Source of the DNA: Candidatus Poseidoniaceae archaeon | Lineage (GTDB): Archaea > Thermoplasmatota > Poseidoniia > Poseidoniales > Poseidoniaceae | Direction: 5' to 3' | Assembly (NCBI GenBank): GCA_028822845.1 | Contig: JAPKCS010000004.1 | Span: 14,626 to 78,625 of the forward strand | DNA: 64,000 nucleotides | Part shown: one piece after another, positions 29,301 to 37,021 of the stretch | Numbering within the stretch: the stretch's first letter is position 1 | Layout of the letters: the number at the start of each line of letters is the position of its first letter | Program-made: the position numbers and the translations under genes | Notes under the pieces: model-generated | Database searches by the model: none | The model's input: the letters and a program-made list of their open reading frames with translations, nothing else | Told to the model about the DNA's origin: nothing

Positions 29301-32132
29301 GACCAAGGACCATTGATACTCACATAGGTTCGGCAAACCATCACGGTCGGCGTCCCAGTTCGCATCGTCTGCTCGGTTTGGATCAAGCGACCAGTTGTTT
29401 CCACCGGTGAAGCTGGAGCCAACCCAACGCCGATGAATGATCTCCCAACCGTCTGGCATGCCATCCCCGTCTGAATCGAAATTCGTAGGGTCGGTACCGA
29501 CATCGCTTGAAGACAATCCAAGGTAGGTCGCATTGGCAGATTCGCTGGCTTCATCGTCACACACGTAGACGAGTTGAACAGTGTAATGGCACCAAAGGTT
29601 GGTCGATTCAAGGAAGAATCCGAAGTATTCCTCACCATCACCTAAACCATCGCCGTCGGTGTCACCCTCTCGAGGGTTGGTGGAATTGTAACCCTCTGGG
29701 GTGGTTTCGATGTAGCGGAACTCGTCAAGATTGGTCCAAAGGCGTTCCAAGAATCCATCACTGGCTTGGTCCAAGTCCAATCCATCGCCGTCCATATCCA
29801 ACAAAGCGTCCCAAGGATCGGTTGGATCCAAGCCATTGGCTACTTCCCATCCATCAGGCATTCCATCGTTATCAGAATCATTTGCTCCAGGGTTCATCAA
29901 TTCTAAATTGGCGTATTGACCTGGCGCTGAGCCTGCAAGGATGGTGATGTTGCCATCGAGGTTGACCCAATTGAGGGTGCTCAACTCTCCATAAATTGGT
30001 TCTTGCTTTTGCAAACCATAGACAGCTGTGTAATCACCAGAAATGGCCCAAAGGGATTTTTGAGAGCCAATCAAGAGTTCATCCCCGGTGGGGAAGATGG
30101 AGTAAATGTTGTTCAACTCACGGGTGAATTTGCCATCAAGTCCTGGATGTTCAAGCAAACCGCTGTGCGTGATGCTGTTGTCCAACACATCCATTCGGTG
30201 CAAACCTGAAGGTGTTCCAAACCAAAGGACTTGAGCGTTGGTTGGATTAGGTCCATCCAAAACAAGGGTTCGAACTTCTGCTGGGTTTTCCACCATGCCC
30301 AAAGAAAGGGAGCGCAATTCGTCAATGCTTGTTGGAATGGGAGTGGATTCAGTTGTGTAATGGAACCGCCATTCAGCAGTAAAGTCGTCACGAACTGTTG
30401 CCGTTTCTGCCATCACAAGGCCTCGGTCGGTACCGACGTAGAGCATCTTGTCCCCGCCGCCTGCTGCACCATGCGCCACTGATGTGACGCTGGCATTCGA
30501 TTCACTGAGGATTGAAGAAAGGGATGTTGAGATCGGGTAACTTTGAGCGATGGCTCCTGTCAGAGTGATTTCGACAATCACACCAGCACCTGAATCACCA
30601 AGCGCAAGCAGTTGTTGATTTTGGCCTTCGATGTCGAGCATTGCTAAAGCGTTGAGACCATCGCCCATGCTCCAGGACCATTCATCCAAATCGGCGAATG
30701 AACCATCTGCTTGGAGCGGTGCGACAGCCATACCGACGCTCGTGGCTAAAGCCAAAGCAAAGGCATCGTTTTCACTCTTGAGTAAAATTGCGTCTCGCAG
30801 TTCAACGCCTTGAGGCATCCACTGATCGCTGCTTGTTTCGTCTGCCATGTTCATGAATGTCAAACCGTAACGGGTGGTGACGTACACATTGCTAGCATCG
30901 GTTTCGATGTCACGTACATCGTAATGGAGCACACTCATCGACTCAGCATCAGCGGTGAATGAAAGCGGCATAATGGATGCTGTACCTTCTGAAGGACCGT
31001 AGTCCACCGACTTCAAACCAGCCCTCACCGAGTTTCCGTCGTCTTCATGGACCATGTATTCTTGCAACGTCGACAAAGCCTCACCAAGAGCAAGGGCCGT
31101 CAATGTTCGACTCACATCGGGGGAGATGCCGCCGTCTCGATTTGCATCCCAGCCATCGTTGTCATGATCGATGAGAGCGTTGGTCCGGTTCAAGGGGTCC
31201 AAACCAAAGTGAACTTCCCAGCCATCGGGAATACCATCACCGAAGGAAGGGAACAATCGGCGGATGGAAAATCCATCCCAGTGGTACCGGTCCGAATCAT
31301 CAAGCAGTGGATCAGTTCCAAGCCACAGGTCTTCATCCACGATGTTGGTTGCGTTGGTGGTGCACGCTGCGAGTAAGTTCTCGAAGGTAGCGTTTGAACC
31401 GGTTGGTATGAACGGCCAATTCAACAGAATCGAACCTTCGGGGAGGGACGCTGAGCACCACAAACCATCGAGTTCGTTGGTGTGATTCGAAGGTGCCCCT
31501 TGGCGGTATTCCTCCGGGGAAGTAAACCGCTCTGTAACCGAGAGAATTCCGTCTCTGTTGACGTCAAAACCGTCTTCATCAGGGTCGTCTGTCAAATCGC
31601 TTGCATTCAGGGGGTCAAACGCTGGACAGACATAGCGGAGTGTAAAGATGTCAAAGCCGCCGGTTCGATGGCACATGTAGGCTTCATAGCCGTCTGGCAT
31701 CCCATCACCATCGGTGTCTGAGACACGTGGATCGAGGTAACTTCGCTCGCCATTAGCATCAACGGTGCCGGTCAAACCACGGGGGAAACCTGAAGCAGTG
31801 CAATTTGCAGGATAAGGCCAACAATACTCTTCAGTCGCGTTGAGCCCGTCGAGATCGTTATCGACGAAAGCATCTGACGCATCTTCTTTGTTCATTCCGG
31901 GCATGAAGATATCACGCCCGTCGACTGAAGTCCAGTTCATCCAAGATTCAAACAAATTTTCATGGACGTCCGGGATTTTGTCCCCGTCGGTATCCGTGGA
32001 AGGAGGTTTCTCTCCCTCGGTCACCTTGGGGTGAATGCTTGAAACCGAAGAAACCGCAGGAAATTGCGACATAAAGAGAAGACTCGCAACGACTGCGAGT
32101 GTGGTGAGAAGAGTGGTTAAGCTTCGTCGCAT
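26379..32132 (-). CDS. Giant secreted calcium-binding protein: more than 20 thrombospondin type-3-like DxDxDG repeats flanking a beta-propeller-like core; no membrane anchor
   Basis: Recurrent DTDGDGMPDGYE, DSDNDGMPDGWE, DSDGDGMPDGWE, DSDSDGMPDGWE, DTDGDGMLDGIE, DTDGDGMYDGFE, DSDGDGISDGWE, DTDGDMIPDWYE and others. The middle part has Reg_prop-like blades (VLWFGTPSGLHRMD, MLYVGTDRGLVMAE). Start set at MRRSLTTLLTTLAVVASLL (32132), preceded by GGTGATACA; the ORF-track start is 32246. Confidence 0.8.
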   Translation of the reverse strand: MRRSLTTLLTTLAVVASLLFMSQFPAVSSVSSIHPKVTEGEKPPSTDTDGDKIPDVHENLFESWMNWTSVDGRDIFMPGMNKEDASDAFVDNDLDGLNATEEYCWPYPANCTASGFPRGLTGTVDANGERSYLDPRVSDTDGDGMPDGYEAYMCHRTGGFDIFTLRYVCPAFDPLNASDLTDDPDEDGFDVNRDGILSVTERFTSPEEYRQGAPSNHTNELDGLWCSASLPEGSILLNWPFIPTGSNATFENLLAACTTNATNIVDEDLWLGTDPLLDDSDRYHWDGFSIRRLFPSFGDGIPDGWEVHFGLDPLNRTNALIDHDNDGWDANRDGGISPDVSRTLTALALGEALSTLQEYMVHEDDGNSVRAGLKSVDYGPSEGTASIMPLSFTADAESMSVLHYDVRDIETDASNVYVTTRYGLTFMNMADETSSDQWMPQGVELRDAILLKSENDAFALALATSVGMAVAPLQADGSFADLDEWSWSMGDGLNALAMLDIEGQNQQLLALGDSGAGVIVEITLTGAIAQSYPISTSLSSILSESNASVTSVAHGAAGGGDKMLYVGTDRGLVMAETATVRDDFTAEWRFHYTTESTPIPTSIDELRSLSLGMVENPAEVRTLVLDGPNPTNAQVLWFGTPSGLHRMDVLDNSITHSGLLEHPGLDGKFTRELNNIYSIFPTGDELLIGSQKSLWAISGDYTAVYGLQKQEPIYGELSTLNWVNLDGNITILAGSAPGQYANLELMNPGANDSDNDGMPDGWEVANGLDPTDPWDALLDMDGDGLDLDQASDGFLERLWTNLDEFRYIETTPEGYNSTNPREGDTDGDGLGDGEEYFGFFLESTNLWCHYTVQLVYVCDDEASESANATYLGLSSSDVGTDPTNFDSDGDGMPDGWEIIHRRWVGSSFTGGNNWSLDPNRADDANWDADRDGLPNLCEYQWSLVRGAALEGLLLESHGETPASAESWSMSDPNNIDSDGDSLPDGWESDGACDWDPSRIGVNPLNGSDLFQNPDGDGYDINHDGVLEENEAFVNWLEFHVRSDLFSTNMTMTGEPLPNGFSTDLFGNISDYGAPEATFGARASGAITAVQTSTSLGAADPFDADSDSDGMPDGWEIWFARWDVLADAWTLNPLDAADRWQDADDDGMANWEEYNAIAPEYSETDANRTSPQWFVTTVGSAFALQQWPSITTSSSFGSFLTQDQINISGWTSDPNNVDTDGDGMLDGIEHLFTAWNLSAETWTLNPLVAGDGDFDGDGDGLIDAQEFALSASNPENGIEHPNDAPLLHIDGDAQQATEKAQRVFNILITKETRGKRLLSDFNGWQQGEPPNAIISILLGMTDPTNPDTDGDGMYDGFEYWFTVWDLDQNRWSMNPLIDNDVNLDTDGDSFDCNGDGAISEEEVFSNLREWESRTWGKFDQRNSVPTALGIIDFGEDAMNAYMEESGMTLPQAMDALYNDFIEKSQDSADRMLKINEFYFDNFNRTLIGVADPTSTDSDGDGISDGWEYCYALYGMEDASTINHWASNPVNPWDVNYDGDQDGWYGRTAFDIPADQGTWTDRIFTPSSSIVQPGIGNLPFTNWMEWDNQTRPDLNDSDGDSITYTTELVNGAVTSHERDYNLSDGREVFKYGINPSDNDTDGDMIPDWYEYSKAWNESNDNFSSYLEIQVVWIDASTGGPCDTATNSCLPLSQQGADGVLGRPDLTFTWFTMNPADPLDANLDPDQDGNWDCSGAGCVYESYTNFQEFYAVTDTNFASPNAVRLSGLVYDGEVVLEWWQFRAAMLSLDETGSSTENYLKMDQSFNNDIRFAFIVDDKDTNFLSLDAGDDEVHMAGNWTDSWEIYYTGSPFTAPVRAVGEHEFGWYLLDHDNDHIAEGSDPTNWDTDGDWLVDWFEVHDDEEDGIRGDSSPIRYDSRQTG

Positions 32133-32367
32133 TGTATCACCGGGGGCCAAGCCATAGGCTTCGCTAACCTTCAGCCCTAAATCGACACTTATGAGGATGA
32201 TGGAACGTTGTTCGGACATTTCCGTCTTCAGATGATAGAAATTCAAGCGCTAACCCATCCTTTCCCCTCAATTTGGCCGTGCAGAAAAAGTATCAAAGTA
32301 GGCATTCAACCGGCAGAAGGCAGCGCTTTGTTCAAAGCCCGAACGCGCTCCCGTCGGGTTGAGTCCC

Positions 32368-33195
32368 ATGGCAATGAGCATCACCCATCTTGGAACCGGT
32401 AGCCGCGGCAACGCGACCCTGCTGGAAACCAAAGGTGCGAAGGTGCTGATCGACCAGGGATTCAGCGGAGCACAACTGGAGAAGCGCTTGAAGCGCCTCG
32501 GCATCAGCCCTGAGGAAATCGATTGTATCTTCATTAGCCACCACCATGGTGACCATGGCGGTGGTGCAAAGATCGCTCAGAAACGATGGGGTTTGCAAAT
32601 CCTAGCCAACGAACGAACGGCAGAGGAACTGGGATTGATCCCCGAATTGACCTCCTACTTTTCAGCACTCGACATGGTCCGTGTTGGCGATGATTTAGCC
32701 GTTTTACCCGTCCCAGTCCCACACGCAGGGGCAGATAACGTAGCCTTCGTGGCGAGCCATGGCGGGGAACGAGCAGCCATCATCACAGACCTTGGCTCAT
32801 GGACTGAGGAACTGATCACGCATGTTCGTGGTTGCGAGCATATTGCCATCGAAGCAAATTATGATACGAACCGATTGATGAATGGCCCCTATCCCTACTC
32901 GCTCAAGGACCGAATCAGTGGCCGAGGGGGTCACTTGTCCAACGAGCAAACGGGTCAATTCTTGGCACAGGTGTGCACACCTGCGACCCGAAGCATTAGC
33001 CTGACCCACCTTTCAGAAAAGAACAACCGTCCACACCTCGCCGAATCAACTGTGCTGTACCACATCGACGAGGTGTTCTCTGGCGACATCACCATCTCGT
33101 TGCAAGATGGGCCGGATTACACACACTATGTTGGGGAAGACAAAGCAGATGAGGCGACTGAATCAGAAGCATCCCTCAAGCCTCGAACCCCCTGA
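32368..33195 (+). CDS. MBL-fold metallo-hydrolase, YycJ/WalJ-like
   Basis: ITHLGTGSRGNATLLE..VLIDQGFS, FISHHHGDHGGG (HxHxDH), VPHAGADN, TDLG, GHLSNEQ. The ORF-track start is TTG 32359; ATG 32368 or 32374 is more likely. Confidence 0.8.
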   Translation: MAMSITHLGTGSRGNATLLETKGAKVLIDQGFSGAQLEKRLKRLGISPEEIDCIFISHHHGDHGGGAKIAQKRWGLQILANERTAEELGLIPELTSYFSALDMVRVGDDLAVLPVPVPHAGADNVAFVASHGGERAAIITDLGSWTEELITHVRGCEHIAIEANYDTNRLMNGPYPYSLKDRISGRGGHLSNEQTGQFLAQVCTPATRSISLTHLSEKNNRPHLAESTVLYHIDEVFSGDITISLQDGPDYTHYVGEDKADEATESEASLKPRTP

Positions 33196-33235
33196 TTCTT
33201 GCACCCGGGACACCCTTCGAAAGGTGAAGGGCTAA

Positions 33236-34321
33236 ATGGTACCGAACATTGTGTGGCATGTGAACACCGAAGCCTGCTTCGTCTTGCGCCCGTCCCTGCG
33301 AAGGAATGAGCGTGCCGTGAGCGAAGTTTTGGGCGTCGTCATGCTTTTGGCGATGGTCATCACCATCATGGGTGGTGTCTGGATTTTTCTGACACCCTAC
33401 CTCTCTGATTTCGAAGACAACACCAATTGGAACAGTGCAGTTGGCATATCAGAACGATTCCAAGACCGAATCGATGTCGCTGGAGCATCCCCCGAAGGAA
33501 CAGGAATCCGTCACACTCTCGCCTTACAGGCAACCTACATCCGTCCAATTGACAAGGTGGAGACATGGACGATTGCTGCGGACATCGTTCCAAACGAAGT
33601 CGTAACCTTGCGCCATCACAACCTCACGACATTGGGTCTTGACGCCCAGAATGAGACGGCCCGTTCAGTCACCATTGAAACGCCAATGGGCATAGAATCA
33701 ATCTCGTTTTCAGCATCGCATGATGAGATCATGGTCCAGCACAACTCTTCGAGGGAACACTGGATGGTCATCACCGTGTATGATGAGGCGCAGACGCCAT
33801 TGCATCGGAGTTTGAGTTACGCCCTTTCAGGTATTCAAATCACCACATCGCTTGGCCAAGGAGAACACGAGCTGGCCCTGATGAACAACGCGAGGGTCGA
33901 ACACTTCCCCAACGAACCATGGCGAGTTACATCCTATCCCAACGTTGGCCTCGACCAACTGGTCGATGGAGAATACAGGCTCTCTATGCTCCTTTCGGAC
34001 GTCACCATCAACGGATCGCTTGGCACCGGGAACAACATCGGAATGAACATGCTTTCACTCGGACCAATCACCCTCTTCACCGGACAGGCTTACAACCTGA
34101 AGTTCACGGTCCTCAATGAGTTGAACGATGTGATCACTCCTCAATACCACGAGCATTGGTTGGATGAATACAACCTCAATCGAGCCTCTGGAACGCTGGA
34201 CACATTCGTCGGCTATGGGCCATTCGAACGTGCAAGTGGTGCAGATGGTTTCACAGTGGACACCCATGGTATCCCACTGTACCTCGAAGTGGATGTTCAA
34301 CGCGTGGAGGTCAGCCGATGA
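33236..34321 (+). CDS. Class III signal peptide (archaeal type IV pilin-like, DUF1628-type N-terminus) protein, 361 aa
   Basis: LRRNERAVSEVLGVVMLLAMVITIMGGVWIFL is a charged leader plus hydrophobic helix typical of archaeal prepilins. GGTGA SD lies 8 nt upstream of the ATG. Four N-x-S/T sequons. Confidence 0.7.
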   Translation: MVPNIVWHVNTEACFVLRPSLRRNERAVSEVLGVVMLLAMVITIMGGVWIFLTPYLSDFEDNTNWNSAVGISERFQDRIDVAGASPEGTGIRHTLALQATYIRPIDKVETWTIAADIVPNEVVTLRHHNLTTLGLDAQNETARSVTIETPMGIESISFSASHDEIMVQHNSSREHWMVITVYDEAQTPLHRSLSYALSGIQITTSLGQGEHELALMNNARVEHFPNEPWRVTSYPNVGLDQLVDGEYRLSMLLSDVTINGSLGTGNNIGMNMLSLGPITLFTGQAYNLKFTVLNELNDVITPQYHEHWLDEYNLNRASGTLDTFVGYGPFERASGADGFTVDTHGIPLYLEVDVQRVEVSR

Positions 34322-36549
34322 GATCGTCACTCCAGCGCAATGAAGAGGCAGTCTCCGCGGCTGTTGCGACCGTCCTCATGTTCGGTGGGGTGCTTTCGAT
34401 CATTGGCATGATGATGGTTTCGATGATTCCTGTCATTGAAGAACTTGAAGGATCTGTTGAACGTCATAACATGTCCGCACAAATGTCCTTACTCGCGCAT
34501 CAGACAGCTGCTCTGAGCGAAAAAGGGATGCCAGGTGATTCGACCTCAATTGAACTGATACCCGTCGATGGCAGCCTCGAATGGCAACACATGCAGAGTG
34601 GAATGTGGTATGCAGCAACATGGCATGAAGACATGTCCTTCCGCATGCGGGGCGCCCTGGATTTCGATGACGAACTGGAGGTCCGTCACCCCGAGTCAAT
34701 GAACACCGCCCTGTGCATGGACGATCTCCGACTCGGGCCCTCAAACGCGTTCCATTACAGTGTTCCTGAATGGGCTGACAAAGTGTCGTTCACCGTAGCA
34801 CCTGGACTTGCCATTCCGCTTGGCCCGGTCGATGTCGAGTTGGCCGTGAATGGAAGTGTGCTGCAAAACATCGAACTGATGGTTGATGGCTTGCAAGAAA
34901 TTGATGCACTCAACCTCGGTTTGTTCACATTGTCATCAAGTCATGAGTTGAACCTCTTTGTCGAACGAGGTGGAGGGGGCACCACGTTGGTTGCACCAAA
35001 CGATGCGAGTCCCATTGACGCAACCGGTCGGTCGTGGTCGGTCCCACTGCCTGCAGGCATCAGCAGATTGCACATGATCAGCCCTGGTGCGAATCAAATT
35101 AGCATCACCAATGAATCAACAACGGCTACCTATTACGCAATCCCGAGCGGTCAAAACCGAGTCGGAGCGGCGTTTAGCCATACCATTGAACGAGCCACAG
35201 CTGGTGTCGTCCACCTCACCGCAAGCGATGCATCGAGGCTTTTGCTCCAAACCTCAACCGCCAACGATCACGGGATCACGGCGATACCGAGCACCGATGG
35301 TCACTACCTTGGAAATGCTTTCATCGCACCTTCTTTGGAAGGAGAGATGGTCTTTACAAATCCCGGAATCAATTCCGTGACGGTGACTTGGCGTGGTGGA
35401 GGTGTGTCGGTCGCACCGAATCAGAGCCTCACATTTGACTGGCCGCCCGCCGGCATTAATGGGGCACCTATGATCGAAGCCGAAGGTGATGTGTTCATGA
35501 CCTGGCGAGCTGCAACAACCGGTCAAGGAGCAAACACGTCAGGCCTCTCCATTTATCCTGCTGACGACACGGGTGCAAGTTCAGGCCAACACCATACATT
35601 CCATACTGAAGATTCGACCTTAGCCCAATCCGTTCACTTGATGCGTGCCGGGCAAACGATCGAATGGAACCTCTCAGGGGCAACCGAAAACAATGGTACA
35701 ATGTACGGCGGTAACGGCCAAGAATCAGTGAACTTGACTGAAGGGACCTCAACCCTCATTGTCACCACCGGCCACACATTGCGAGCAACTCGAATCAGCG
35801 GAACCAACGGTCTTCTCCAGTTGCTACACGATGGACAGCAGCGATGCTTGAGCATCGGCGTCGAAGCAAGTGGCTGGATTGCCATGACACTGCCCTGGAC
35901 CTCCATGAGTGGTCGGGGCGAAGTCGACCTCAAGAACGCCTGGCGTGCTGGAACGCACCCATCAAGCTTGCAAATCACCCTCATCGGAGGACAAGGGCAA
36001 TCCACACATGCTACGATTGGAACTGTTTGGGGCTTCCACCTCTCCCGATTGTCATACGGATTTTCATCCTCTATTATGGGAATGGAAGTTGCTTACTCCG
36101 GTGGTGCTGTGGTGACCAACCATCCGGAATTCGAAGCCTTTGTTGTCGTTTCGCCCTCTGACCGTGGCGGCCCAGGACCACGGTTCGCCGCAACGGTCCC
36201 TTCCCTGCATCCAACTGCAACCAGCACCACTGGAGCAGGGGCTATGCACTTGGACATCGAACTTGTCGACCGTTCATCGCTTGCCTCAACCATCGCTTAC
36301 GAAATTCGCCGGGGCTGGTCTGAACCGTACGGTACATCCATTGCAACAGCTTCCGCTGACGGATTGGAATCAAGCGAAGACTGGACGATTTACCCTGGGA
36401 GGATTGACCTGCTGACCGATTATGTTGGTTGGGTACCAGATCCAAGTTATGGCACCAGTGAAGCGGTGTGGCATACCAATGGACAACCCATTCAATTCAC
36501 TTTACAAATGTCTTCATTGAATGTCCACATGACGGAGGCGATTTCGTGA
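34318..36549 (+). CDS. Class III signal peptide (archaeal type IV pilin-like) protein, 743 aa
   Basis: MRSSLQRNEEAVSAAVATVLMFGGVLSIIGMMMV is paralogous to the N-terminus of the preceding gene. ATGA start/stop overlap; GGAGGT SD 6 nt upstream. At least 8 sequons. Confidence 0.7.
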   Translation: MRSSLQRNEEAVSAAVATVLMFGGVLSIIGMMMVSMIPVIEELEGSVERHNMSAQMSLLAHQTAALSEKGMPGDSTSIELIPVDGSLEWQHMQSGMWYAATWHEDMSFRMRGALDFDDELEVRHPESMNTALCMDDLRLGPSNAFHYSVPEWADKVSFTVAPGLAIPLGPVDVELAVNGSVLQNIELMVDGLQEIDALNLGLFTLSSSHELNLFVERGGGGTTLVAPNDASPIDATGRSWSVPLPAGISRLHMISPGANQISITNESTTATYYAIPSGQNRVGAAFSHTIERATAGVVHLTASDASRLLLQTSTANDHGITAIPSTDGHYLGNAFIAPSLEGEMVFTNPGINSVTVTWRGGGVSVAPNQSLTFDWPPAGINGAPMIEAEGDVFMTWRAATTGQGANTSGLSIYPADDTGASSGQHHTFHTEDSTLAQSVHLMRAGQTIEWNLSGATENNGTMYGGNGQESVNLTEGTSTLIVTTGHTLRATRISGTNGLLQLLHDGQQRCLSIGVEASGWIAMTLPWTSMSGRGEVDLKNAWRAGTHPSSLQITLIGGQGQSTHATIGTVWGFHLSRLSYGFSSSIMGMEVAYSGGAVVTNHPEFEAFVVVSPSDRGGPGPRFAATVPSLHPTATSTTGAGAMHLDIELVDRSSLASTIAYEIRRGWSEPYGTSIATASADGLESSEDWTIYPGRIDLLTDYVGWVPDPSYGTSEAVWHTNGQPIQFTLQMSSLNVHMTEAIS

Positions 36550-37016
36550 ACCGTATGGCTCTCCGCAAAGACACCGGGGCTGCAGCCACCGAACTTGGCT
36601 ATATTTTCACGTTCCTGCTCGGTGTGCTTCTGTTAACCATGTTCAGTTTGTGGGCATGGGAGATCGAAAACGCCACCCGAGAACGATGGAATGAAAACGC
36701 AATTCAAGCGAACTTGGATGATTTGGCAGCTGCAGTTGAGCGGGCTGATGAAGCCAGCAGAATGGGGTCAATCGATTATGCGGAGCGTGTTGAATGGCGC
36801 CTGACTGAAGCCGATGAATCACGTATTACATTGGTCCTGACCGACACCAACATCGAACTCATTCATGACACAGGGAACCTTGACACAAACATCTCCATCT
36901 CAGGCACTGGTGCTGGAATACATGAAGGAACGCTCACATTGGCAGGCATCAACAGCATTTGGGTCGTCCACCACAATGGTGTAACCACAATCGAGTACGA
37001 TCGCCCTCAACATTGA
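36546..37016 (+). CDS. Small class III signal peptide-like (pilin-like) protein, ~153-156 aa
   Basis: (V)NRMALRKDTGAAATELGYIFTFLLGVLLLTMFSLW, with possible G|AAATE cleavage placing Glu at +5. The GTG start overlaps the upstream TGA (GTGA) and has GGAGG 7 nt upstream. Alternative ATG at 36555. Confidence 0.6.
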   Translation: MNRMALRKDTGAAATELGYIFTFLLGVLLLTMFSLWAWEIENATRERWNENAIQANLDDLAAAVERADEASRMGSIDYAERVEWRLTEADESRITLVLTDTNIELIHDTGNLDTNISISGTGAGIHEGTLTLAGINSIWVVHHNGVTTIEYDRPQH

Positions 37017-37021
37017 GGAAG

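Noticed and set aside
29033-29641. Alternative-frame ORFs on the same strand inside the giant genes (for example 29033-29641, 25204-25743, 43200-43739)
   Set aside because: They are out of frame with ORFs that carry clear repeated protein motifs. Their compositions are Thr/Ser/Pro/Met-rich translations of the Asp/Gly-rich main frame, and there is no independent start context.
32132-32139. Third copy of the octamer TTGTATCA, overlapping the SD-supported start of the TSP3 giant gene, plus GTATCA at 32290-32295 in the divergent promoter
   Set aside because: A given 8-mer is expected about twice by chance in 64 kb on two strands. These copies are not phased, so a regulatory link to the 44010-44080 repeats cannot be claimed from this window alone.
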